Shown here: positions 45,167 to 55,374 of the stretch, piece after piece
Layout: each line of letters opens with the position of its first letter
Numbering within the stretch: the first letter of the stretch is position 1
Assembly (NCBI GenBank): GCA_047602425.1
Contig: JASGHG010000001.1
Span: 2,560,001 to 2,624,000 of the forward strand
Source of the DNA: Nibricoccus sp.
GTDB taxonomy: Bacteria; Verrucomicrobiota; Verrucomicrobiia; Opitutales; Opitutaceae
Direction of reading: 5' to 3'
Length of the DNA stretch: 64,000 nucleotides
Made by a program: the position numbers and the translations under genes
The notes under the pieces: generated by a model
The model's input: only the letters and a program-made list of their open reading frames with translations
Databases searched by the model: none
What the model was told of the DNA's origin: nothing

Positions 45167-45958
45167 ATGCCTGTTGAGCAACTCTTCACCTGGATGATGG
45201 TTTTCCTGCGGGGGCTGGGTGTGATTTTGTTGCTCCCGACACTCGGCAGCCGTCCGTTGCCCCCGGTTTTGCGCGCGGCGATTTCGGCCTTGGTGGCGAC
45301 TTTGCTCTACGGATTGGTTCCGCACGCAGCGAGTCTGCCGTCGGGTAATGCCGGTCTGATCACGGCCGCATTGGGTGAGGTGATGCTCGGGCTGGTTTTT
45401 GGTTTCATGGGGAGGCTGATTTTTTCCGCGGTCGACATGGCGGGCCGCATGATCACGCAGGAAATCGGCCTTTCGGCGGCGCCCGGCATCGATGCGCCGA
45501 CACCGGCGACCGAACCGCTGGCGGCGTTTCTCTCCACTTTTGCCGGAGTGCTGTTTTTCCTCTTGGGCGGCCATCTTGGCGCCTTGAGCGGTTTTGCGCG
45601 AAGCTTCGATATCGCGGCGGCGGGTGCGCCGGCGTTCAACGTGCTTTCCATCGAGCATCTGGTTCGGGGCACGGCACGCGTGATCGAGCTGGGCTTTCGC
45701 ATGTCGGCGCCATTTATCGCGATGAATTTCCTGATCACGATGGCTTTTTCCGTCTTGGGCCGCGCGGTGCCGAAGATGAGCGTATTTATCCTGAGCTATC
45801 CGTTGCGTGTGCTGGTAGGCATGATCCTGCTGGCCGGCGCCGGCGATTCTGCTCGCACGCTACCTCTCCCCCGAATTCGAGGCCTTGCCCTACAAAATGC
45901 TCGATATGGTCGGCCACTGAACCGCAAAAAAGAGCCTCCGGAAACCGGAGGCTCTTGA
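45167..45958 (+). CDS. fliR: Flagellar export protein FliR, with probable frameshift near 45845 (natural stop likely 45920)
   Basis: Multi-TM; AGRMITQEIGL and LGRAVPKMSVF. The current frame runs through a terminator hairpin. Confidence 0.9.
   Translation: MPVEQLFTWMMVFLRGLGVILLLPTLGSRPLPPVLRAAISALVATLLYGLVPHAASLPSGNAGLITAALGEVMLGLVFGFMGRLIFSAVDMAGRMITQEIGLSAAPGIDAPTPATEPLAAFLSTFAGVLFFLLGGHLGALSGFARSFDIAAAGAPAFNVLSIEHLVRGTARVIELGFRMSAPFIAMNFLITMAFSVLGRAVPKMSVFILSYPLRVLVGMILLAGAGDSARTLPLPRIRGLALQNARYGRPLNRKKEPPETGGS
45926..45956 (-). terminator. Intrinsic terminator between convergent fliR and the TonB-dependent receptor
   Basis: 12-bp stem AAGAGCCTCCGG-AAA-CCGGAGGCTCTT with an A-run on the left (U-tract on the minus strand). 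Confidence 0.85.
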
Positions 45959-45978
45959 AGATAGCGGATTCTTGGAGG

Positions 45979-48900
45979 TTAGAACTTGCCACTAATGCCT
46001 GCCGTCCAGAGGGCGCCGAATTTAGCCCGGCGAGTGATAACATTTGAGCTGATCGAATAGGTCGTCAAAGGTTCATTGAAGATATTGCGACCGTTCGCGA
46101 ACAGCGTCAGTTTTTTAGTCAGGGCATAGCCCACGCTGATATCTATCATGGTGCGCTGACGTGAGAAGTTAACTATTCCAGCATTCGCTGCACCATTGTT
46201 GATGATGAGGCCTTTATCATCAAGGAGGGCAGAGTCTCTATGATACCCTGTGCGGTTGACTGCAAAACGAGCGCTGAATTTCTTGTATGCGTAGTTCAGA
46301 CCTCCGTTGCTTATATCTTTTGCAGAACCCAGATAATTATCCCAGCTGTCGTAGATCAGATGTGTATGGTTAGCGAACAGGCTCAAACCCGACAGCGCGC
46401 CGGGAAGGAATGAGAGCGATTGGTTGTAATTTAGTTCAAAACCCGAGTTATGGGCTTTGGCGACGTTGTCCCAGACGTTAAAAAGAGAACCCGGGGGCGC
46501 TCCTGTTTGGTAATTCGTGTTACCTACAAGTAGAAACCCATTTGGATCAACATAGTGAGGCTTGCGTCTCTGCAGGTCCTTGATGTCTGTGCGGAAGACA
46601 CTGAAGGCGACGCTGCTATTTTGATTTTTACCGAAGTAGTATTCGATGTCCCAGTTAACGCTTCGAGCATACTCTGGACGAAGGTCTGGATTATTGACGT
46701 TGCCAGTTGCAGTGGGCGGAACGGCAGTTTCGTTTGATATCGTATAGCCCGGGAACATATTAGCAAAATCGGGTCGGGTGATCGAATCGTGGTAGGAGGC
46801 ACGGGTAAGCAGATTGGGCGTTATCTGGTAATTTAGGTGTAGGTATTTGAACAGGTCGCTGTAAGTGGTACCTGCCGCGCTGCGATTGCCGCCGTAACGG
46901 GCCAGAACATAGGGGTAGAATGCAGGAGTTGTTGCACCTGGTGCAGCTGTGGTCGGAGCATTGCCGAGATTGATCTGAGCCTGTCGATTGCCGATGTCCA
47001 ACGGACCTTTGCCGCGGGTGCGTGTCGCTTCAAAGCGAACGCCCGGGGCGACCGAGAATCTCCCGATCTTCCAGATGGTTTGGAGATACGCCGCGTTGAC
47101 CTGCTCGCTCACGTTTGTCGTGTTTTGGAGCAAGGTTTGCATCAACTGCACGTCATTGCGCCCTGTGAACCAATCAGGATGGTCACGCATGGTTTGAGCG
47201 AGGCCCCAACGGTCCAAGTTTGTTAGACCATTTGCATTGGTTCCCATGTCGAAATTCATCCGGTAGTAAGGCTCACCGAAGGGCGCAGCATTGTCGTCGG
47301 CAGTATTGGCGACATGGTCTGGTCCAACAAAAGTGTAGGACTCGTTGTTCTTCCGGAGATAGACATTGTGAGCCAACTCGTTCACGGAGAAACCCCACTT
47401 CACTGTGACTGGGTACTTTAAGACGAAGGGATAACGGAAATTCAATTGGGCACTGTATCTCTCATCATCAGACGCCCTGTCGTTCGAAAGCACAGTGTTA
47501 ACCCGATAGTTACTGAGATTTTGCCAGTTGTTACCTGCTAGTTGGGTGAATTGCACACCTGTATCATCGGGCCCAGCGCGATTGAACCGGAATTGGCTGC
47601 CAGTCAAATTAGTAGTTCCTGCAGCCCAGAGGAAACCGTCGGGGAGATCTGAATACCAGTTTGTCGCTCGCGAGAATTGGGCTTGGGCATCTATTTTCAG
47701 AGCACCTACAGTGTATTCACCATATGTCGTCCAAGTGAATGTCGCGCCGTGTTTGTTGGTCGCCCCGCCGCCTTGATTGAAGCTTGTATTGACGTAGGTT
47801 CCAGTTCCTTGGGTGGCCACGGTCTGCGAGGTTTGCGAATTCCATGAGTACTCGACCGATGGATCGACCGCACCTGTCGGGGAATTGATAGTTCCTTGGC
47901 CAGCTCCTGTGCCTGCCATATTTATGCTGATATCGCGGCTATAAAAGCGGGCCTCGTATGTATTGTAATCAACGCGGGTGTAGATCCAAGCATTTGGACT
48001 GAATTTGTAGTCGATACGGGCATTGTAGTTGATGCGTGTACTGACTTTCGGCGAATCACGGAAGCCGAAGCTTGTGACGATCGGAACCTCAGTGTCATTG
48101 TTAAAAGCATTCGAGTCCCATCGGTAACCGACTGTTTCCGCTTTTTGTTCAGCAAAAGTTTTGGAATAAGTTACGCCAGCTTGAATACCCAGTTTTCCTG
48201 CGATCAAGACGTCCGCATAGGAAAGGCTGAAGTTGGGCATGACTTTACGGTTGCGGCCGTTGTCTGGTCCGGGGGAATTCTGGAACCAGTCATAGCTATT
48301 GAGGGCCATGCTGGCCCCAAAATTGATGCGGCGGCCTTTGCTGTCGAAGGCGCCTTTGCTACGCAGATTGACCACGCCAGCTACTGCGCTGGCCTGCTGA
48401 TCAGGGGTGGGGGTTTTGGAGAGCTCCACGGTTTCGATACTGGCGATAGAGAGCTGTTCGAATTCAAACGCGCGGCCCGTACCTACGTTTGAAGAACCTG
48501 CGCTTGCAACGGGAGCACCATCCATAAGGACAACTGTGTATTTCGGGTTCATACCGCGAATGCGGATCTGGCGTGCGTCCGCTTCGGTGTAATCGATCGC
48601 GACGCCTGACATGCGTTTCAAAAACTCACCGGCGTTACCTTCAGAGACATCGCCAAAGGCGTCGGCTGCGATGACTTGCTTCATATTGACCGCATTGCGT
48701 TGTTCCTGGAGAGCCTTGGCATTACCTTCCCTTTCGCCAGACACCACGAACTGATCGAGGAGGATAGCATCTTTATTGTAGTCGGAATTGGTAAGGTTGA
48801 AATCTTTGGTGGTAGTTCCGCCAGCTGTGACTGTGACGGTCTGTTCCAAGGTATCGAGTCCGGCGAACTCGGCCTTGATTTTGACTTCACCTGCCGGGAC

Positions 48901-49149
48901 GTTGAGCAGGCGGAAGTTACCGCCGGCTTCTGCAACGGCGGTGATGTTCGTGCCTTCGACGGAAACGACGGCGTTGCGGAGGTAGTCGCCGGTGCCGGCG
49001 TTCATGACGCGGCCGGTGACAGTTCCAGTGCCGGCGGATTGGGCTTGGACTGCGATGGGGAGCAGGCCGATAACGATGGCGAGCCAGGCAAACAGCGGGC
49101 TCAACCAGCGAAACCGGTGCGATTGCGATAGTGACTTGTTGGAGGTCAT
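45979..49149 (-). CDS. TonB-dependent receptor with N-terminal carboxypeptidase-regulatory-like domain
   Basis: Signal peptide, GTVTGRV domain, plug (DAFGDV...IRIRG...GVVNL), NPDLRPE and terminal Phe. Confidence 0.92.
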   Translation of the reverse strand: MTSNKSLSQSHRFRWLSPLFAWLAIVIGLLPIAVQAQSAGTGTVTGRVMNAGTGDYLRNAVVSVEGTNITAVAEAGGNFRLLNVPAGEVKIKAEFAGLDTLEQTVTVTAGGTTTKDFNLTNSDYNKDAILLDQFVVSGEREGNAKALQEQRNAVNMKQVIAADAFGDVSEGNAGEFLKRMSGVAIDYTEADARQIRIRGMNPKYTVVLMDGAPVASAGSSNVGTGRAFEFEQLSIASIETVELSKTPTPDQQASAVAGVVNLRSKGAFDSKGRRINFGASMALNSYDWFQNSPGPDNGRNRKVMPNFSLSYADVLIAGKLGIQAGVTYSKTFAEQKAETVGYRWDSNAFNNDTEVPIVTSFGFRDSPKVSTRINYNARIDYKFSPNAWIYTRVDYNTYEARFYSRDISINMAGTGAGQGTINSPTGAVDPSVEYSWNSQTSQTVATQGTGTYVNTSFNQGGGATNKHGATFTWTTYGEYTVGALKIDAQAQFSRATNWYSDLPDGFLWAAGTTNLTGSQFRFNRAGPDDTGVQFTQLAGNNWQNLSNYRVNTVLSNDRASDDERYSAQLNFRYPFVLKYPVTVKWGFSVNELAHNVYLRKNNESYTFVGPDHVANTADDNAAPFGEPYYRMNFDMGTNANGLTNLDRWGLAQTMRDHPDWFTGRNDVQLMQTLLQNTTNVSEQVNAAYLQTIWKIGRFSVAPGVRFEATRTRGKGPLDIGNRQAQINLGNAPTTAAPGATTPAFYPYVLARYGGNRSAAGTTYSDLFKYLHLNYQITPNLLTRASYHDSITRPDFANMFPGYTISNETAVPPTATGNVNNPDLRPEYARSVNWDIEYYFGKNQNSSVAFSVFRTDIKDLQRRKPHYVDPNGFLLVGNTNYQTGAPPGSLFNVWDNVAKAHNSGFELNYNQSLSFLPGALSGLSLFANHTHLIYDSWDNYLGSAKDISNGGLNYAYKKFSARFAVNRTGYHRDSALLDDKGLIINNGAANAGIVNFSRQRTMIDISVGYALTKKLTLFANGRNIFNEPLTTYSISSNVITRRAKFGALWTAGISGKF

Positions 49150-49552
49150 ATGGCTTTCAGGGTTCGTTGTTGGGTTGGTGGAGGGAAAAGGTCGCGGCGG
49201 AGGTCCGCGCGAAATCACGGCTCGGCTGTCAGGCATCTCGCGCCTGATACAACGAGTTTTTGAGGGCAATTTTGTCCTGCAAGGGGTAGTTAGGGAAAGG
49301 CGCACAAAGGTCTTCGTGGGGGAAAGACAGTTGCGGCGAGCTGGTTTGTTGGGGAACGGAGCGTAACCAAGAGGTCTTTGGGGAAGGGTCTTGGCGATGT
49401 TCAAATTACTCTTACAGTAAGAAATGTCAGCGGATGTCTGTCTCCATTTCCGGTTTTCTATCCGAAAATTGAATACGCGGACTGCTCTTCGGGCGGCAGG
49501 TGCAGTTGATTTCGGAAAGTTATTTCCGGGACTACCCTGAAAGACGGCCGGC

Positions 49553-50446
49553 TCAGGTCGTCAGTGGAAGCAGCTCGTCGAGGGGGCGCGCCTGGGCGGC
49601 GAGTTCGGACTGCATCTGCTTGATGTGTGAATCGTAGGTTGGCGGTGGATTCGGGTTGCGGTAGAAGACGCCGGTATAGAGTTCGGTGCTGTAGGCGGAG
49701 GCGAGGTCCATGGCGCGCAAGCGGTCGCTCGGATCGTGGCCGAGGTCGGCGAGTTTCTTCATGCGCGCTTTTTGCGCCTTCATCTGATTCTCGACGTCGC
49801 CGTAGGTCACGCAGGGCGATTGGATGTTCACAAAAGAGAAACCCGGATAACGGATGGCTTCTTCGATCAACTTAGTGAGTTGATCCATTTCCGAAGGAAT
49901 TCCCTGGGCGACGAACCCGGCGCCGTAGGCAAGGACGTAGAGGAGCGGGTTGACCGGCTCTTCGATGCTACCGTAGACGGAGGAGGAGGTTTTGGCGCCG
50001 CGTGGCGAGGTGGGCGAGAGCTGGCCTTTGGTAAGGCCGTAAATCTGGTTGTCCATCACGATGTACGTGAGATCGAGATTGCGACGAATGGCATGCGGGA
50101 CATGGCCGCCGCCGATGGAGAAACCATCGCCGTCGCCACCGGCGCAGAGGACGAGGAGCTCGGGGTTGGCCATCTTGATGCCTTGGGCAATCGGGAGGGC
50201 GCGGCCGTGAACGGTGTTGAAACCGTAGGCGGTCGTGTAGCCGGGGATGCGACTGGAACAGCCGATGCCGGAGATGAACGCGATTTCGTGCGGCGGGCGA
50301 CCGATGTTGGCCAAGGCGCGATAGAGGGCGGTGACGACGCCGTAGTCGCCGCACCCGGGGCACCAGATGGGTTTGAGCGAACTTTTGAAATCCTTGGCAG
50401 TGTAAACTTCGGGTTCGGGCGGCGGCGTGCAGGAGCAGTTGCTCAT
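49553..50446 (-). CDS. 2-oxoacid:ferredoxin oxidoreductase beta subunit
   Basis: WCPGCG, GIGCS, HGRALP and TPP motif GGDGD...DNQIYGLTKGQ. Confidence 0.95.
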   Translation of the reverse strand: MSNCSCTPPPEPEVYTAKDFKSSLKPIWCPGCGDYGVVTALYRALANIGRPPHEIAFISGIGCSSRIPGYTTAYGFNTVHGRALPIAQGIKMANPELLVLCAGGDGDGFSIGGGHVPHAIRRNLDLTYIVMDNQIYGLTKGQLSPTSPRGAKTSSSVYGSIEEPVNPLLYVLAYGAGFVAQGIPSEMDQLTKLIEEAIRYPGFSFVNIQSPCVTYGDVENQMKAQKARMKKLADLGHDPSDRLRAMDLASAYSTELYTGVFYRNPNPPPTYDSHIKQMQSELAAQARPLDELLPLTT

Positions 50447-50502
50447 TTTTCGAAAAGTTAAGGTGGAAGTTTAAGTTGAAGCCTGTTGGCGGTGGTGGGG
50501 CG

Positions 50503-52254
50503 TTAGGCTTTCGCGAGGGCCTGGATTTTTTCGACCAGGTCTTCGGGGGCGATCGGGTTGGCGCCGCTTTTGGCGTGAGCGGTGAAATTTTTCGGCACGT
50601 TGATCCACATGCGGATGATTTTGTGGAGCTGGCCCTGGTGCGATTGCTCGACGACGAGGCAATGGTTGAGCGAGGCGAAAAAGTCCTGGTAGATTTCCTC
50701 GACGACGGGGTAGAGCAGCTTGGGGACGAGGACCTTGACCTTGAGGCCGGAAGCGCGGGCTTTGCGTACGGCTTCCAAGGCGATGCCGGCGACGCTGCCC
50801 CAGGCGATGAGACCGATTTTTGCATCGGCGTCGCCTTCAAGGAGGAAGAGGTCGCGGCGCTTCTTGAGCGGATCGAGCTTGTTGAGCCGCTTGTCGTTCA
50901 TCTTCGCATGCATTTCGCCATTGGAGGTGGGCGAGCCCTTTTCGTTGTGTTCGATGCCGGCGGCGAGATAGGCGCCGCCCTTCATGCCGGGGTGGCTGAG
51001 TGGGCTGATGCCGGTGTCGGTGAGCTTGAACCGGGTGTAGTTTTCCAGTTCGGCCTCGGTGGGGCGAAGGCGGTCGATGAGCTTGAATTTAGTGGTGTCG
51101 ACCGGATCGACAATCTCCTTGCGCTGGGCGATTTCCTGGTCGGAGAGCACGATGACGGGCGTCTGGTATTGCTCGGCGATGTTGAAAGCCTCGACGGTGA
51201 CGTCGAAACAGTCGCTCACGCCAACCGGCGCGAGGATCGGGCGGACGTTGTCGCCATGGGCGGAGAAGGCGGCGGCGAACAAGTCGGCCTGCTCGCGTTT
51301 CGTCGGCATGCCGGTGGAAGGGCCGCCGCGCTGGACGTTGACGCACACGAGCGGAAGTTCGGCAACGCTGGCGAGGCCGAGGGCTTCGGTCTTGAGCGAC
51401 AGGCCGGGGCCGGAAGTGGCGGTCATGGATTTCACGCCGGCGAACGAGGCGCCGATGGCGGACGCCACGCCGGCGATTTCGTCCTCGGCCTGAAGGACGG
51501 AGCCGCCGTACTTGAGCAGTTCTTTTTGGAGATACTGCATGATTTCGGTGGCGGGCGTGATCGGATAGCCGCCGAAAAACTTGCAACCGGCAAAAATCGC
51601 GGCGGCGCCGCACATTTCGTTGCCGTCGGTAAGGACTTTGCCCGCGACCTTGCCGCCGGCGGGCGGTGAAAGGCGTTTGTCCTGGGCGAGGGGATTTTTC
51701 TGGGCGTACTCGATGCCGGCGGCGAAAGCGCGATCGTTGGCGGCGAGGACTTCCTCGCCTTTTTTGGCGAACTTTTTGTGGATGCCGTCGAGGATGGCTT
51801 TTTGCGCGAGATTGAACCAGCCCGCGAGCAGGCCGAGCACAACGTTGTTTTTGGCGAGCATCACGCCGGCGGACTTCATGGCCATTTCCTCCATCGGCAC
51901 GGCGAGGGCGATGGCGGGCTTCACCTTCAGCGGCACGGCGTCGGGCGCGACCTTGGTCTTGGCTTCGTAGATAACAATTGTTTCGGGTCCGGTGGGAAGC
52001 TCGCCGCCGAAGCGCAGGAAATCCTCCCAGTTGAGCACGACGGCCACGTCGAGCGTGCCGCCGGGGTTGAGCACGGGTTGCGTGGAGACGCGAAGCCGGC
52101 ACGACGATTCGCCACCGCGGATTTGCGAGCCAAAGCTTTTGGTGAGAATGGCAAAATAACCTTCTTTGGCGGAGGCGTTGATGAGCGATTCGCCGGCGGA
52201 GACGATGCCGTCGCCACCGGAGCCGGCCATACCAATGATCAAGTCGTGCAACAT
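50503..52254 (-). CDS. 2-oxoacid:ferredoxin oxidoreductase alpha (fused gamma-alpha) subunit
   Basis: IRGGES, YPITP, QAEDE, TATSGPG and QRGGPSTG. Confidence 0.95.
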   Translation of the reverse strand: MLHDLIIGMAGSGGDGIVSAGESLINASAKEGYFAILTKSFGSQIRGGESSCRLRVSTQPVLNPGGTLDVAVVLNWEDFLRFGGELPTGPETIVIYEAKTKVAPDAVPLKVKPAIALAVPMEEMAMKSAGVMLAKNNVVLGLLAGWFNLAQKAILDGIHKKFAKKGEEVLAANDRAFAAGIEYAQKNPLAQDKRLSPPAGGKVAGKVLTDGNEMCGAAAIFAGCKFFGGYPITPATEIMQYLQKELLKYGGSVLQAEDEIAGVASAIGASFAGVKSMTATSGPGLSLKTEALGLASVAELPLVCVNVQRGGPSTGMPTKREQADLFAAAFSAHGDNVRPILAPVGVSDCFDVTVEAFNIAEQYQTPVIVLSDQEIAQRKEIVDPVDTTKFKLIDRLRPTEAELENYTRFKLTDTGISPLSHPGMKGGAYLAAGIEHNEKGSPTSNGEMHAKMNDKRLNKLDPLKKRRDLFLLEGDADAKIGLIAWGSVAGIALEAVRKARASGLKVKVLVPKLLYPVVEEIYQDFFASLNHCLVVEQSHQGQLHKIIRMWINVPKNFTAHAKSGANPIAPEDLVEKIQALAKA

Positions 52255-52438
52255 AAAATTATAGGTTTTGCCCGGGGGGAGCGGGGTGCTTCAAGCAAAA
52301 GCGGCGCTGGGCTGAAGAAAGCTGGGGTTTTTTTGAGGGGAATCAAGCTGAGTGCTGCCTCACCGGAAGTTTTTACGAAGCTTGAGAAGGTTTTTGACGT
52401 GGCGCGGCTGGCCGCACAGGGTTTCCGGCGTGAGCGAA

Positions 52439-52693
52439 ATGCACCAAACTCTGTTGTTAAATATTCTGCGCTGGCTGGCCCGTCATGCGGGCTTCCCGCA
52501 ATCCCGTTTGCCCGCGCAGGCGGAGCGGCTGCTTTTGCTGACGGTGGCGGCGCAGATCGACGAAGCCATTGAGAAAGCCCGGCCGAGTTACCTGATCCAG
52601 AGCAGCGACCGCGCCATGGAGTCCGCGCAACGCCAGCATGCCGAACGCCGCCGGCGGGTTCACTATAAGTGCGACAACAGCGCGAAGGTTTAA
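52439..52693 (+). CDS. Small hypothetical protein
   Basis: 84-aa helical-looking ORF in an otherwise empty gap; no recognised motif. Confidence 0.4.
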   Translation: MHQTLLLNILRWLARHAGFPQSRLPAQAERLLLLTVAAQIDEAIEKARPSYLIQSSDRAMESAQRQHAERRRRVHYKCDNSAKV

Positions 52694-52755
52694 GTCCGGG
52701 GTTCCCGACGTTTGTGCGCTTGCCAATTGCGAGTTTCTTTCGGCCTTATAGCCGG

Positions 52756-53703
52756 GTGAATGTCCGTGCAGTTTGCCTCTGTTTGATGGTTTTAACCGGT
52801 CTTGCGATCCCGCTGCCCGCCGCCGTCGAACGCACGGTTGAAAAGAGCTTTTCCGTGGCAACGGGTGCGCTGTTGAAAATAGACACCGTTCAAGGCGCCA
52901 TCCGCATCGAGTTGTCGCCGGACAATCAAATCCACGTGCTGGTACGCGAGGGGATGGAGGTCGACGACGAGGCTGCGGCCGACAAACGCCTGAAAGATCT
53001 GGATCTGCGCCTTGAGCAAGTCGACGGAACGGTTTCGGTAAAGGCGCGTTATCTGCGCGCCGTACGCTGGACGTGGCAAAGCTGGCCACCGGTGACCTTG
53101 TCCTTCGTGGTGAAAGTGCCGCGCGCGTGCAACCTGGACCTCGTGACAACCGAGGGAGACATCACGATTGGCAATCTCGATGGCTCAATTCATGCCCGCA
53201 CCGAGGCCGGCGCGATTTTCACCGGCGAGGTCAAAGGCGCGGTTCAGGCCACCAGCCTGCGGGGCGACATTTCCGTGACGGCGTGCTCTGGCGAACTGAC
53301 GATTACCGCCAAATCAGGCAATGTCACGGTCGGTCGACCGGGCGGCCTGACCAAAATTTCCGGCTCAGGCGGCCTCATCGAAGTGCAAAACGCCCGCGGC
53401 AACCTCCGCGTCGACGCGGATGGCGCGGACATCAAAGTCGGTTTTGCGCATCCCTGCACCGAAAGTGCCGAACTGCGCGCGGCGGGCGGCGATATTGAAG
53501 TGATTTTGGATACACGCAGCATCTGCACGATCCGGGCCAATTCCTCGCGTTTCGGGCAGGTGAAATTGAAGAATTTCCCAGGCGCGATTGAATCAGGCGA
53601 GGCCGGTTCGTCCCATGTCGTTGCCACGCTCAATGGCGGCGGTCCGCTCGTGAAAATCGATGCCAGTGGCGGCAATGTCCGCCTGACGGGCCGCGCACCG
53701 TAA
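52756..53703 (+). CDS. DUF4097-like beta-strand repeat (adhesin-like) protein
   Basis: Signal peptide and repeated T/S-x-x-G-D/N-I units; LNGGGP...SGGNV tail. Start uncertain. Confidence 0.8.
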   Translation: MNVRAVCLCLMVLTGLAIPLPAAVERTVEKSFSVATGALLKIDTVQGAIRIELSPDNQIHVLVREGMEVDDEAAADKRLKDLDLRLEQVDGTVSVKARYLRAVRWTWQSWPPVTLSFVVKVPRACNLDLVTTEGDITIGNLDGSIHARTEAGAIFTGEVKGAVQATSLRGDISVTACSGELTITAKSGNVTVGRPGGLTKISGSGGLIEVQNARGNLRVDADGADIKVGFAHPCTESAELRAAGGDIEVILDTRSICTIRANSSRFGQVKLKNFPGAIESGEAGSSHVVATLNGGGPLVKIDASGGNVRLTGRAP

Positions 53704-53794
53704 ACGCTGCCGGCTGCGTTGTGGCTCCGGAGAAAGATCGCGATCACGAAGAAAAAATTTGGATAGAGCGTACGTTGCGTCTTTGTTGTTCACG

Positions 53795-55294
53795 ATGACT
53801 ATTGCCGACGCCTTTGCCGAACTCGATGCCAAGCTGAAGCAGATCCACCTGCTAGACACAGTCGCCAGTCTCCTTGGCTGGGACGAACAAGTCAACCTGC
53901 CCCAAGACAGCGCCGATCAGCGCGCCGCGCAACGCGCGGTCATGGCCGACGTGCAACATGTCGCCGCCACGGCGCCGCGCATCGGGGAATTGCTGGCCCT
54001 GTTGGAAAACGCCCGCGATACGCTGACCGATGACCAACGCGTGGTGCTGCATTGGGCGCGTCGCGATTACGACAAGGCGACCAAGTTGCCTGCCGAGTTT
54101 GTCCGGGAAAAAGCGGAGCAGGGCAGCCGCGGTTATCAGGCGTGGAGAAATGCCCGCGAGAAAAACGATTTCGCCAGCTATGCGCCGGTGCTCGCGAAAA
54201 ATATCGAACTGGCGAAACGCGAGGCCGCATACCTTGGCCAGGGTGACGCGCCCTACGACTATATGATCGATTGTTTCGATCCCGGCATGACAGCGGCGGC
54301 GATCGAGAAGCTTTTCGACGAATTGAAGGCTGGTCTTGTGCCATTGGTTCGGGAAATCACGTCGTCAAAAATCAAAGCCAACGAAGAAGCGCTGCGGGGT
54401 TTCCCGGTTGAACGGCAGCAGACATTTCTGCGCGAAGTCACGGAGCGCATCGGCTTCGATTACGCGCGCGGCCGCATCGACGTTTCGCCGCATCCGTTTT
54501 GTTCGGGCAGCGGCGCGGACATCCGCATGACGACCCGTTATCACACCGACAATCCGCTCGGGTCACTTTTCGGTTCCATTCACGAAACCGGCCACGGTTT
54601 GTACGAGCAGGGTTTGCCGATCGAACAGCACCACACCGCACTCGGTCGTGCCGTTGGCATGGGCGTGCATGAATCGCAAAGCCGTCTTTGGGAAAACCAA
54701 GTCGCGCGCAGCCGCGGTTTTTGGAAGTTTTTCGAACCGAAGTATCGCGCGGCATTTCCCGAACAGTTGAAACCGGTTTCCTCGGATGAGTTGTACCTTG
54801 CCATCAACGCGGTCGCGCCGACGCTGATCCGCACCGAATCCGACGAAGTCACCTACAATCTGCACATCGTGCTGCGCTTCGAATTGGAGAAAAAACTTTT
54901 CGCCGGAACGCTGGCGGTGGCGGATCTTCCGCGAGCATGGAATGCGCTCAGTCGCGAATTGCTTGGACTGGAGCCGTCGAATGACAGCGAAGGCGTGCTG
55001 CAGGACGTGCATTGGAGCGACGGCGGTTTTGGGTACTTCCCGAGTTATTGCATCGGCAACATGATGGCGGCGCAGCTTTGGTATCACCTCTTGAAACTGC
55101 GCCCGCAGCTGGAGGCGGACTTCGCGCGTGGAGATTTCATCTGGTTGTTGAAATGGCTCCGCGAGAACATTCACGCGCAAGGGCGCCGCTTTGACACGCT
55201 GGCGCTGGTGAAGCGCGCCACCGGCGAACCGCTTTCGCCGCAGTATCTCCTCAGATATCTGAAGGAGCGCTACGGGCCGCTGTATCTGGGGTGA
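53795..55294 (+). CDS. M32 metallocarboxypeptidase
   Basis: HPF, HETGH, HESQS, IRTESDE, QDVHW and GYFPSY. Confidence 0.95.
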   Translation: MTIADAFAELDAKLKQIHLLDTVASLLGWDEQVNLPQDSADQRAAQRAVMADVQHVAATAPRIGELLALLENARDTLTDDQRVVLHWARRDYDKATKLPAEFVREKAEQGSRGYQAWRNAREKNDFASYAPVLAKNIELAKREAAYLGQGDAPYDYMIDCFDPGMTAAAIEKLFDELKAGLVPLVREITSSKIKANEEALRGFPVERQQTFLREVTERIGFDYARGRIDVSPHPFCSGSGADIRMTTRYHTDNPLGSLFGSIHETGHGLYEQGLPIEQHHTALGRAVGMGVHESQSRLWENQVARSRGFWKFFEPKYRAAFPEQLKPVSSDELYLAINAVAPTLIRTESDEVTYNLHIVLRFELEKKLFAGTLAVADLPRAWNALSRELLGLEPSNDSEGVLQDVHWSDGGFGYFPSYCIGNMMAAQLWYHLLKLRPQLEADFARGDFIWLLKWLRENIHAQGRRFDTLALVKRATGEPLSPQYLLRYLKERYGPLYLG

Positions 55295-55371
55295 AATCCC
55301 AAAAACCAAACGGACAAATTCCAAATAATTGCTGATATTTTTGTTATTTGGAGTTTTGGTATTTGGGATTT
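55294..55371. repeat. Intergenic heptamer-repeat hairpin, AAATCCC class (M32 peptidase-tatD)
   Basis: AAATCCC AAAAACC..AAATTCC followed by GAGTTTT GGTATTT GGGATTT. Confidence 0.7.
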
Positions 55372-55374
55372 TCC

